From: Catajapyx aquilonaris
Taxonomy: Eukaryota
Reading direction: 5' to 3'
NCBI GenBank assembly: GCA_000934665.2
Contig: KZ538448.1
Coordinates: 1-64,000, forward strand
DNA: 64,000 bases
Under the pieces are notes generated by a model. That model did not search any database, was not told the origin of the DNA, and saw nothing but the letters and a program-made list of their open reading frames with translations. Of the stretch, positions 49,568 to 61,518 are shown in pieces. How positions within the stretch are numbered: position 1 is the first letter of the stretch; each line of letters begins with the position of its first letter. The translations under genes were made by a program, and so were the position numbers.

Positions 49568-50277
49568 TCTATATTATTAATACCCTACTGTGGGGGAGAC
49601 GGAGTGGCGCCGCTGTAACGCGCGCGCCCACGGAAGTTAAGGTCCCGGGTTCAATCCCCACCCGGGGTTCCCACCTTTTTTCGTGCCGAGTTGGGCCATC
49701 TCTGGCTTCGTTTCGGGTGGCAATTTCCGGCAGACTAAGCCACCCGGGGGAGTTCACAAAATGACGATTAGAGACATTGCACTTGCACTTTGCACATCCC
49801 CTCCCACCCACCCTTGGAGCATACTCATTAAGATTCTTCTTAAACTCGCTCCAAAAACAATTCCAAAGGTGGCAACCCACCCCCCTAAGGAGTAGTATAA
49901 CTCCCCCCGTGGGGTAATGAAAAAAAAAAATACCCTACTGTGAGGGCAACTCCTCCCGCTGTGTATGGGAGTGGTTTCAAAATTTAGCCCGCGTTTTATA
50001 TATTTGCAAACCACTTTTGTTTTTTTGGAAACGGTGCCGAGAAACTTCGTAAAGCTCAAAAGAAGGGAAAAACGCAAAAAAAAAGGCCAACCACGGAATT
50101 CCCATTTCTGTCGTTACGGGCTGGGTGGCGTTACCGGCTGGGTGCTGCCGACTCGCTTACTTCTGCGCATCACCGTCGGATGTCGCTGTGCGGCTCTCTC
50201 TCGCTCTCTCTCTCCCACCCTCTCTCTCCCACCCTCCACTTTCGCACTTTTGCCAAATTTTGGCAACTGGACCCTAG
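49568..50277 (+). mobile_element. Non-autonomous Helitron with a nested SINE
   Basis: Same 5' TC start, CAAAATTTAGCCCGCGTTTT core, (CT)n, 3' hairpin and CTAG|T end as 46234-46534. Confidence 0.85.
49593..49930 (+). mobile_element. tRNA-derived SINE with a poly(A) tail
   Basis: The head and body match the 40474 SINE. B box GGTTCAATCCC and TSD TACCCTACTGTG (49581-49592, 49931-49942). Confidence 0.92.
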
Positions 50278-51432
50278 TTAGCGTTAATCAAAGAGTGTGT
50301 TATTCTGAGATAAAACGACATGTTACTTAATATGATTCGTAGTGCACAAGAACTTATTCTAGATATGCCTGAGTCATAGTGAAATACTCTGTATAACCCC
50401 GTTACGAAAAAAAAACTGTTCTGGTTTTTTTTGTAGCTCCTAAAAATAAACCTAGCAGACAATATATTAGTATGGAGTCCCTTGTAAAGGGGTTTTCTGT
50501 TCTCGTAAATGAACAAGTGAAAACTGTGTAACGTAAGGCTACTTGAAACGTATCCTTGTATACTTATATGATAGGCGGAGTGCAGCGGACAGTGGAAAAG
50601 TGCCCGAAACACACCTATAAATTCTGAATATTTGAAACCACATTCCCGAGCTCTGCCTGCCTGCTCCGAATTATCCACGCAAAGTGAACAGAGTGATTGC
50701 GTTTTGAATAATTTACAAAAATTAAGTAATGAATTAATATAATAAAAAACTCTCGGAGGTTTTAAATTCCGCCCAGCTATTGTGTAACACTTGGCCATCA
50801 ATGGAGAGTACTTAATTACATTCACAGAGGTGCTGCCTACAGGAATGTATTGTACGTAAATAATAGGCCCTAGCGCGTTGTCATTACCACACGCTATAAC
50901 GAAATGATTACACTGTAGTGACTTGGAGTTTCCGTCGCAATACTCCAATGGTATGTTTCTGTTTTAATTACAGCCTATACCATGTAGGCCTAATGCGTCA
51001 TAAATGGAAAACATGCGTGTTGACCTTTGCCTTTAAACACTGCATGTATGAAATACACGATCAAAATGGATCGTCCATTTATATTCCAGCTGAAAATCCA
51101 CCAGCAGCAGGTAATTGTTTATGCCGAAAGGGGTAGTCCTGGAAGGGTAATGATGATCATAAAATAATGTAAACAGGTAGGCTCGGTATATATTAAAACA
51201 GATGTAGTGGGATCTTTCGTTACATTGTTTTGAGGGAGCCGGGTTGCCAATTCAACGTAAATAGCATATGCAGTAGCTAACCCGGCCCATTGTTTATTGG
51301 AACTATACCGCATGTTTCAGAATTTAGCTTACATCCGCATCGATAGAATTAATGTCTCTACTACCAGGATGTTATCTCCGGAAAAAAAGCGAGAAAAGTG
51401 ATTGGTAGATATCGGGAGATGTTCCTTGGGTC

Positions 51433-51524
51433 ATATATTTAGAACCTCTAACAGTTAGAGGTTCTAAATATATTTCAGGTCATTCCGTCCAGTTAGAGTC
51501 TAACTGGACGGAATGACCTGAAAT
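51433..51524. repeat. Two abutting perfect inverted repeats
   Basis: 20-bp arms around 51453 and 26-bp arms around 51498, each with a 1-nt spacer. Confidence 0.95.
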
Positions 51525-52818
51525 GCAGCACTGCATCATATCTCATAGCACGGGTCAGACATGCGTCGTTCAGACGAGCCAAATAATGTTGCTGACAAAG
51601 TAGGCAATTGAGAGCCACGTTTGACGTCACAAGAGCTGCGTTTGGGAATTTTAAAAAAGAGCCAGAGCCAAGGGGGCGGAGGGCTGAATCCCCTTTCAAT
51701 CCTTTGATGGGATTATAGGATTCGTTCTATTTTACATCGTCACTTTTGGCACATTAAGGAGTGCGATGTATTAAAGTGCAGATATAGAACCTGCCGCCGT
51801 GACAATAAGCCCATTGCGCAGTAATACGCAATGCAGATTTTAATCTGATTTGCGTCCCCGCTTTTTTATGTCACATTTAACTTCATTGCTGAGCGGTAGG
51901 TTACCTACCTAAAGGCTAAGGGTCGGTTGTATGCGGTAGTGTAACTCATGTTTTTACAACCGGACCTAAGTGTATAACACTTGTTCGGTTTTGGCTGTAT
52001 TTGACCAAAGAGCTGATGCCCATATGCGTCGTATATTACTTGTATAATGTAATGTCCAGTACACATACTGTACATTCCCACAATGTGGCAAGCGGTGTAT
52101 TCAAATGTGCAAATATATATGCAAAAAATGCACATCGAGGTGCAATGACCCGGAAACGAGCTTATTTAAGGTATGTTCTCAAAAGAGAGAAACGTCCAAA
52201 TGATGTGATTATAATCTCATCGCGTGTGTATTCCGTTCATCATCGACAGTGTCTTTATCAGTATACCATAGTTTATATTTGCTTTTCTAAATGGTCTAGG
52301 TAAACAATAACTTTTTATGCAGATTTTAATCACTCATCATTGTTATCACGCAGATGATGAATACAAAAAAACAACAGTTGCGATAATTATGTAATATTGT
52401 ATAGCGTCCCTAGTGTGTAGACTGTAGAGTTAATACAGGGTGATCCAACATGCTTGTCCGGTTGCCAATTACTAAGAGGTTTATTTTAAGCAGTTACGTT
52501 CATGTTAGTTACTTTTAATGGTTATCACAAGCACATTAGATGCCATTAGGTTGTGTGCCCGTCCTTGATGTGAGATGCCAATTGTTCCAGTGGGCCATTC
52601 CTAATCGGAAATATGCTTTTCAGTTCAGAGTTTGAATGGACGATTCAATTCGGGCTAATATTAGCTGCTAATAGTCTACTTTTGATAAAAGTAACTGATT
52701 AAAAGAAGCATTTTAGTGCCAACAAATAGCCACATCAATCACTCCATATATTGTTTACACACAGTTTCCTAACTAGACCAACAACCTTCATTAAACATTC
52801 ATTCATTCATTCATTCAT

Positions 52819-53160
52819 TTTTTTTAACGTTACCCCGTGCTAGGGCCATGGGTCCTTATAGGGGGTGGATTACCACCATTTTCCTTCAATTTTCTTATTA
52901 TTTTCTTCTAACACCGGTGCAGGGACGAAAGGACAAGAGGTAAGGATAGGGATTTTCGGGGAGGGAACATGGGTGCAAGTGCACGTCTGAAAACGGGTCA
53001 TGTGCTGTTCCCCAGGAGGTTAGGTTGCCAGACACCTCCTTGGTGCAGGTCAGAGACCCTCCTGACCAGGTGAAAGGAAAGTTCCCCAGGCGGGGATCGA
53101 ACCTGGGGCCTTTCACACAGCAAGCCGAGACGTTACCATCACGGCCACCACACCTCCCCC
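52819..53160 (-). mobile_element. tRNA-derived SINE inserted in a (TCAT)n microsatellite
   Basis: Minus-strand head GGGGAGGTGTGGTGGCCGTGATGGTAAC, B box GGTTCGATCCC, an A tail, and (TCAT)n on both flanks. Confidence 0.88.
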
Positions 53161-53176
53161 TCATTCATTCATTCAT

Positions 53177-53215
53177 TATTATATTATTATTATGATGATG
53201 ATGATGATAATAATG

Positions 53216-53256
<41 letters not shown>

Positions 53257-53277
53257 TATTATTATTATTATTATTAT
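53177..53277. repeat. (TGA)/(TAA)/(TTA) compound microsatellite
   Basis: Directly visible. Confidence 0.92.
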
Positions 53278-53738
53278 TCCCTTAAGCACAGGACACTTGC
53301 CAATCATGTTCCTTGGTGATTGCTCGGAGCGACTTTAATAGAACGTACAAAGGCTGCCCCACCCTGTAAAGGGCGTATAGCCCGTAACGAGTTACATGAA
53401 CAAGAGCAATACAAAGCGACTTGAACGTGTACAGAGAACGTGCTTTAGTGGTGTACTGTATTCGTTACGTTGAGTTGAGGGGATACCGTGCTCTTTCTTG
53501 AGGAATGCCGGGTGCTTGCTTAGCTTTGGGAATTTTACGTGTTTCATTATTGCTGAGTGGTGGGCATTGGTTCGAATGGTTAAATTACGCGTTTAAAAGG
53601 ATATGCTAAGTAATGTGTTTCATGTTGAGCGTTGTGCATTGTGAGCCATATAGTAGAGTACATGCGCATATCTTGTGATAGGCTAGCTCTCCGAAATACA
53701 TTGGTTAGTTTACTACGGTGTGTTGTATTGCTACTGTA

Positions 53739-54477
53739 CAAGGTCATCGAAAGAGAATGTCCCTATTTTAAAACCCTATACCTCGAGAACTAGTAGACAT
53801 TTACGATTTTAAGTTTCAAAATGCTAAGAAATGTCTAAAGTTTTGGTCTTACCACATTTGGTTTCGATATTAGCTCCATTTGTCGCTCGGTAAATGTAAA
53901 TACGGTAATCGGTGTCGTGCCTTACCAACTCAGACATGTCTGATGTTGCCGGTTTTTTGGTTTGTTTTTTTGTGTGTTTTTTTGTTTTATTTTGCGTAGG
54001 TGCTGGAGATGCCGAATCTTTTCACCATACATGTATCTCCACTAAAACGTCAATCGGGGTAAGATCTGCTGAGCTTCTGGCGGGGCTATATGCATGGGGA
54101 AACTTCTCATTCAAGACTTCGCACACTGGGAGGTTGAACAAACGAAACTTTCCTACGGCGGGTTTGTTTCATGGATGAGGAGACTTTTTATGTGAATCAT
54201 CAAGAACAAAGTGTATGGTGTAAAGACCAGTCATTTCCAGCACCTACGAGATAGGATTGCAACAGTAACTCCAGATATGACCGAGCTTGTTTGGCACGAA
54301 ACCGAATACCGCCTTTTAAATATGCGGAGATACAAATTAAGCTCATATTGAAACAAACTAAGGTGAGACCAAAACTTTAGACATTTCTGAGCATTTCAAA
54401 ACTTAAATCATTAAGATATGTACAGGTTTTCGAGTTATAGGGTTTCAAAATAGGGGCATTATTTTTCGATGTCCCTT
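53739..54477. mobile_element. Tc1/mariner (rosa/DD41D-like) derivative with long inverted arms containing the transposase C-terminus
   Basis: TA-flanked mirrored arms of ~190 bp. The + strand translates IIKNKVYGVKTSHFQHLRDRIATVTPDMTELVWHETEYRL. The minus strand near 54000-54066 gives DLTPID...YGEKIRHLQHLR. Confidence 0.8.
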
Positions 54478-55641
54478 TATTATGGACTTATTTTGACGTT
54501 GATGCTGATCTCAGTGACGAAGCTGCGGCGAACAAATGGCATACCAACATAATATGATTCCCTCTAGTGGCTATAAATTCGTAGATCTAGTTACACGCTC
54601 GTGTACACCCTGTATATACACTGACAGGTTTGAAAAATAGTACAGGTTTTAATACTTGGAACTATCTCCCGCATAATAGGTAGCTGAGGGGTCTAAACGA
54701 CAGGATACATCTTGTGGTACCGTATGCATAGCTACAAGTGCAAGATGTGTGGCCTTTGTGTCCTTACTCAATGTACCCGCAACAATATACAAGTACGTGT
54801 GGTAGATCACGTGACAGTGAGATAAACATGCTCCGCACGCTATACCTTGTAATAATTCGGGATACACCTACTGGTTTGAGCTGTACACATCACAAGATTG
54901 ATGCCGGTATCTTCCGTGCATTGTGTCACAGTGGTGATGCACGGCACGTTGGATTATTCATAATACTACTGTTGGCTTACGTTTGATATTAGCCGCTTAC
55001 AACGTGAAATTGCACCAAACAAAACCCAGAAAAATGATTCGAAGTAAAAATATATATATTTCTCTCACATTAATGAAAGTGTGTCGTGATCATGCATACG
55101 CGGCTCATTGCTGGGACAGGACCACTGAAGACCTCGAAAGACCGCCGCCTGGTGGCACGCAAGACATCAAACATCGTTGTCCTTCATCACCCTTCAAGAG
55201 CATGCAGTGAAATTTAGACTATTCAGGGAACTAAACTTAAATAAATTAAATATATCACCAAAGCACGTAAAGGCACGACTTTTCCCGAACCATATGACTA
55301 CTAGAAACAATTAGGATTCCCTCTGTGACTATGTGGCCATCTTGGGCACCCGCAGACCCACTTCATCTCCTTCACTCTAGACTTCTTCTGGAAAACTTTT
55401 CTTCTCTTTGAGCTCCCAAAAGAAGCATCAAGTGGCAAGAAACGTCACACCAACGACCAGCCAGAGCGCGTCAAGTCGGAAGTCTGCGGTGAATTTTTTG
55501 TGCTCCAGGGCAATCGGAAACCATCCCGTTGTAAATGTAATACAGGAGTTGATTCCACAAAAAAAAGAAGTGTACTGAAGGATAGAGAGACATCGCAGAT
55601 TGAGCAAGAGCTCTTCGTATATGATATGCCCCTTTCGAGTA

Positions 55642-55880
55642 CAGTGTTGGACATTAATCGCGTCATACTGCTTGCGACATTGCGGCAGAAGTGCAAATCG
55701 AAGTGATAGAGTGCGAGCCGTGCCATTAAGAAATGGTAGGCCTTGAGTGACGTCACCGGCTGAGGGGAAATGGAGAAAAAGGCTTGTCCACAGCCAGTGA
55801 CGTCACCCATGGGCTACCATTTCTTACTCCCACGGCTCGCACTTCGATTTGCATGTCTGCCGCATCGGAAAATGTCTCTA
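55642..55880. mobile_element. Tc1/mariner-type palindromic MITE, copy 4 (right end truncated)
   Basis: TA|CAGTGTTGGACATTAATCGCGTCATACTGC... matches the other three copies. Confidence 0.88.
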
Positions 55881-58027
55881 CTGTCAGAGGCTTAGGAGTA
55901 CACAAAAAAAACAGCCTGGTTTTGTGCAGTTCTTGTTTTCTCGACTCATCAACTTCATCTGAGAGGAACGGAAAAATCCGGGGAATCTGGAGAAGAATAA
56001 GCGCCATAGAAAACTGGCCCTTTCCCCAGTGGATCACCTTGCCAGAGCGGCCGGGTGAAACAAATTGGGAATTAGAAGTAAGCGCCTAGTGCTCGTTTGA
56101 GCAGCTAGAGCGTCAAGTTTGATCAAACAATAAACGGGGCCCTACACGGTAATACAGTAACATTACCTGGTTGCCTGAACACCACTCGAATAATAATGCG
56201 CTCATTCATGTAACCACAAGTAAACAGTTTTAGTCAAGAGTGGGTACGGGCTTCAAAAAAAAACTAGCAGATTGCCCACTGATGGATGGGCTCGCGCACT
56301 AATGTTTATTTTGGAAACCTGCGATGTACTCTTATGACAAATATGGCATGATTACTATACGACGTACAGAACTTCTGACGGGTACATTCCGAATGGCCGG
56401 AAACATACGCCCATGCGTGATTCATGCAGTGCAAGTATGCATTTGGAATATGATACTATCAGCATTAACGTTGCATTTTAACGTATCTGCAGGCTTACGG
56501 AATTTCTTGCAACAATGGGCGAATATTTTTCCACGGTACTGGCTTCATATGTATATGAATTTGGACCCGTGACAAAGGCGGGGTATGGCTGGAAACCATA
56601 ATTTCGGCTCAAAAATATGCTCGTATATATTAATAATAAAGAAAATTAGTTGTGGCACTGACTGTATATATGCAAGTATTTTTCGGAAAAAAATCACTTG
56701 CGAAGAACTGGTGGCTTCGAAGATTTAAACCATACACTGAGGGACATTTTGCAAAACGATATGCAAATGAAGGGGGTAAAAGCGGCTTTATCAGGGGATT
56801 TCCGTCCAAGACTCCTCAGTCGTCCACAAAGGGAAACCTGGGAGTGCAAAATTAACACTTTCATCTAATCATCCTTCTTGTGGAGGCAAGTCAAAAAGTT
56901 CAGGCTCTCTGTCAATATGGTGGTAAATGAAAAGTAACCAGTTGGCGTAATATGTTTATGTTACATTGAAAAATTAATAGGCAAGCTGGTTACGAAAGAA
57001 GAGAGAAGAAAAGAAATTTCAACACGTGTATAGGCATAATATTACACTTTTTGAATTTACCCTGGTATGTCGCATCTGAATTTAATAATTAATATTGAGA
57101 ATAACAGTTGTCAATTGATTGGCTCGTTAGCATGTGGTCGCAATAATGGAAATGTCTAATTTTAGGACTGCATAGTTGACGACACTCTTGCTTTGTATTT
57201 GACCAATGTCAGAATTGCCTGCAGCGTGCAGTATGTTGTAGGGCGACCCCTTCCCGAAGAAACATAACGCAAGACATGACTAATTTAGTGAGTCAGTAAT
57301 ATACCGTATGTCTGGGAAGAGCATGAGGGCTATAGATGACGTTTCAAGCACTTTCACAATGGCGAAAAATTATCGCTAATTCAATCTGTAGACTGAAGTT
57401 GCCTATAGTTGATTGTGTAAATACCTGATACGTTATTTGTTATGAAAAATGCTGGTGGACATGTGAAAAAAATGGAGGCCATTTGGTGGGGATGTGATAG
57501 ATGAATGAGGAGTTCCTTGCATCATACGTGTGCGGCTGATAATGCGGATTTATGGCAGCATATTAATCGGTTTATTGACTCGCCAGGGCATAGAGAGGCA
57601 TTTTCTTTCGCTATACTACAGTATATGCGTTGAAAAATTTGGGGCTATAATCCAGACCAGACCTTTTTTTGAACTTGAAAACAACCATCATGCAGGCATA
57701 CAGTTACATAATGATTTAGAGAAGGTCTGCTGACGCAGTTGCTTCAAGGCTCGTACTTCTCAAGCAGGATACACTACCACTCTCACTTTAGAGTTCCCCC
57801 AACAGCTTTTGAGGACACTAAGCGACACTTGTCAAATTTATATGACATAGTATGCCATAATTCCCTTCTTTGTTGCGCAATCGCCTTTGTTTAGATTTTT
57901 AAGGCTAAAATCCGTCACTCAAGCGTTGCAGGGAGGGCACTTTGAGGAAAAATATTCGTATCGATACATGTGCGAACATATCGCATATATTTAGAAACAT
58001 GTGTCGATTTATCCCTTTCGAATCTTA

Positions 58028-58141
58028 TGCCCTTTTGCACCAACTAAATTACCGATTCGATAGCTCCTAGCAGATCGTTAGGACACGTTAACGAGCTGTT
58101 AGGAGCTATCGAATCTGTAATTTCGTTGGTGCAATCGGTCA
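58028..58141. mobile_element. PIF/Harbinger-type palindromic MITE
   Basis: ~50-bp arms (TGCACCAAC...GATTCGATAGCTCCTA / TAGGAGCTATCGAATC...GTTGGTGCA) and a 3-bp TSD TTA. Confidence 0.85.
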
Positions 58142-59249
58142 TTAGCGTTCTGAAGACTTAACGGAGTCATGTTCGGTTTCTCCAGCCTTTTAACTGACCA
58201 ATTACGAGCTAACTGGTCTTTCATATGGAATTTGACGAACAGTTTAAAACAGGCATAAGACGCACAAGCGTTAGTATAGATATGCACTCTATTTGACACG
58301 GGAGACTTGAAGCTTGCATGTCTTACTGTGTCTGTGGTGTAAGGTTTATAGACGTTGCAGGGGCGAGAGTAGTAGTTCTGGAATAGGTGTCGTTGACGTC
58401 CTGTAATTAAGTCGTGGTTAAATTAAGCGTCGGTCACTTACGGCCAGGCAGTTCCTGCAGTGTACCTCGAACAGGCTCCTGTGACCGAAAAAGGTCCAAC
58501 TTGAAGTGTCAAAAGCTGCGGTTTAGCGATTTGTACAAGCTAGATACGCTGCTGGGCATTTACTGTACAGGTACCGTGACAAGTACTATGCAGTAACATG
58601 AAGAATCAACCTTACCTGAGCAGAGGCGTGAAGTTGGGGGCAAGAGTTCGGGGTCTCATTGCGGTAGGCAGCTGCTAGGCGGGTGCATATGTGGCATTGT
58701 GTAGAAATTGTATTAATTTGTCAAATAAGCAACCTCACACTCATGATGATGTCACATACTTACCATCCTGGAATTGGTTTTTGGGAAATATATATGTTTT
58801 TTCTTAGCGAAGATTTGATTAGAAGGTAGCTGGGGTTGGGGAGATGTATAATTCAGACTGTCATTATCCAATAAGCTGATAATTTGGGACTTGCGTTGTC
58901 TTTGATCTGTTGCCGGGAATAGTTGAATAAATGTAATTTAAGGTATTGATTGAAAGCTAATAATATCCTGTCAGTGAATATGCCCTGAAGAATTGATTGC
59001 AAGTTGATCCGTACGTGTAGAAACTATAATTATAAAAATGGGAAGCTGAGCGGCAAATGTGCATTTGTCAAATACGGAATTTATCTGAAAAGGTTAAGGA
59101 ATTTTAATGTACATTGCCAACGTGCCCTATGTGTCGTCGAATTAAGATTTTCCATGCGCAAATGACACTGAAACAGCGAATGTGAATTGTCTAAATATTG
59201 TTTGTGTATTTTCAGGTAAAGAGTCGGCGATTGGCCGTGGGTGGGTGGA

Positions 59250-59466
59250 ATGCTGCAGGGAAGTTCTCTGCCGGCCTCTCCGGGCTCCCCTTTCCGGGCA
59301 GCAGCGTCGAGCATGGGGGCCAGCCTACGGGCACCATGGCCCCTGCCCCCGCCACCACATCCGCCCGCCCCAGGGCATATCCACCCCGACCCCCACGGCC
59401 AGCAGCAACCACTGCAGCCGCACACACAATTCACCCAGACTCATCATGCGGCCTCCCATCTGCAAA
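59250..59466 (+). CDS. Coding part of exon 59216-59466: a Pro/His/Gln-rich N-terminal segment of an unidentified, regulator-like protein
   Basis: GC-rich island bounded by acceptor TTTGTGTATTTTCAG (59215) and donor AA|GTAAGT (59467). The ATG at 59250 follows an in-frame stop at 59217 and gives MLQGSSLPASPGSPFRAAASSMGASLRAPWPLPPPPHPPAPGHIHPDPHGQQQPLQPHTQFTQTHHAASHLQ (phase 1). Confidence 0.72.
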
Positions 59467-60036
59467 GTAAGTCAGCCTGACTCACACCCAGCTGAGAAAC
59501 TCTCTGAATAATTACTTGTCGATAATTAATACCTGGAGTAAAAAATAATAATGTCTGGGCTACTTTCGCAAACGGCAACATATTGGGCCCTAGACGAAAT
59601 TCTTGGCAATGAGTTATGCGTCCAGTAACAGTCACCTGGCTGAATTATGAATATCGACAATGTATTATATCCCATATGGGACCAAAATGATGAAAATCAA
59701 CAAGTCTTATGATTTCTAATGGAATCTAAGCTCGATAGGATATGCAGCCTTTTGGATTACCTTGTATAACCGTCAGCGTGGTGTTCTGTAGATCGTAAAA
59801 CCAGCGGATATCACCCCAAATCAGATAAGGGTCTGACGACTTCACTTTTCGCCTTGCAATATAACTCAATTGGAAAATCTGAATGCCAAGTAATTCCAAC
59901 CGATCTGAAGGCCCCGGTCGTGGAAGGATAATGGCTAAATCTATACTTCAGACTCCATACCTGGGTTAAAATGTGACGAGACCATGTCACTACCACCCAC
60001 ACCAGTGTTATGTGACACACATGTTATCTAACATGT

Positions 60037-60360
60037 AATAATAATAATAATAATAAATAATTTATGATAATTTTGGGCACTGTACATATTGGTGCAAAAA
60101 CGTAGGTGCAACTCCTCTCTCTTGTCCAAAAGTGTAAAGTTGGATACTGTTTGAGCAAAATGAGATTGCATACCGACTCAGATCGCTTCATGGAGGCCAA
60201 TGAGCCCGACTTGGATGTAAAAAAATGGGATGATTTGGCAAGAAGAGAGATAGAGAACAAAATTATCGCAGAACGTGAAGTTATGCGCGGTATCAACAGC
60301 CTTTCGCCGCAAAAATTGCACCGGCTCAATCATTTGATGCTCAACACAATACCAAGTTGA
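60037..60360 (-). mobile_element. 3' fragment of an L2/CR1-group LINE
   Basis: The minus strand ends in an (ATT)n tail. The translation SRYAISFCSNSIQLY resembles the RYxNSFxPxxIRLxN terminus. Confidence 0.45.
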
Positions 60361-60945
60361 CCTTCATTTTTTGTATCGACACTGTTGTCAGTTTACATTG
60401 ACAACAGTTTCTGAGCCTGGACAAGTTGATGTCGGTCGAATCCGGTTGACAATCGGTCGGATTTGGTAGGCATTCGGCGAATGTTCGGGTGAATTCGGTT
60501 GTCAATCGGTCGAACTCCATTGCTAATGGATTGCGTTGGACAGTTGCCATAGCCAGTGAGTCGATATTCGTTTGCCCGATCGGGTGAATTTGGTAGCATA
60601 TCGGTTTCTAATCAGTCGCCTCTTTGTGTGAAATTACTTGTCACTTTGTGAACTTCTGTCTGAATATGGGGCTAAATTCGGTATGCCAACGGTGATGGCC
60701 CTGATAAATAACTTCCAAGTTGTAAAAATTTGAATATCCGCCTCCCATTCTTTGAATTTGAGCACCACCTTCGACGTACAGTCCGACGAAGATGGATCGA
60801 AGTCATGTCCTTTATTGCCACATTGGGATACATATACATAGTCGATTGGCCCCTATAATGTTGTCTAAAGCTAGAAATCGTGCATAACAAGAAGTTGAAA
60901 ACACTCTTTGACCCTCTTACAGGCCAGCAGCATAGCGAGCGCTAT

Positions 60946-60990
60946 GGCGTCGGAGGCGTCGGAGGCGTTGGAGGCGTTGGAGGCGTTGGA
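60946..60990. repeat. 9-bp tandem repeat (GGCGTYGGA)x5
   Basis: Directly visible. Confidence 0.9.
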
Positions 60991-61415
60991 AGTGACCTCT
61001 ACTCACTGTTTCCGCCCAATAGCGGCAGTGGAAGCCAAGTTAGCGGCTTGGTTGGGTCGCAAGCTGTGGCACATCTTTCCCGATTCCGACAAGTGGCCAC
61101 CACTTACTACAGCCTTTTTGAAGCGCATAAAGGTAGGAGATTGCTGAATTACAGGACACCTTCACAAATTGGCGATGTTGCAGAAAAAGAGAGCGGTTTC
61201 TGGTTGTAAAGTGTTTTGATAGAATGATAGATGGTCTCCATATCACTTCGTGATGTCAAGAGAACAATGTGACTCTTGTCCAAGATTGCTTGTCTTTCCT
61301 ATCGATCAATTCTGTGTCTAACCAGGGAGCATATACTACATGTAGTACATGCTCCCTGGTCCAACAGTTTAATGCTGAAGCCATCGCTCTACAAAAATCG
61401 CTCACTTTTAGTGTA

Positions 61416-61515
61416 CTATATCGCTCAAAAAGATAGAGACGATTGGCATTTGATTCAAGTACAAGTTGCACTTGAGTCAAATGCAAAATCGTCTCTATCT
61501 TTTTGGGCGATATAG
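61416..61515. mobile_element. 100-bp fold-back MITE
   Basis: TA|CTATATCGCTCAAAAAGATAGAGACGATT...AATCGTCTCTATCTTTTTGGGCGATATAG|TA. Confidence 0.85.
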
Positions 61516-61518
61516 TAC

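Noticed and set aside
50274..50948. Longest ORF in the track (224 aa, minus strand)
   Set aside because: AT-rich, with no recognisable domain, protein-like composition or splice context. Probably a chance ORF.
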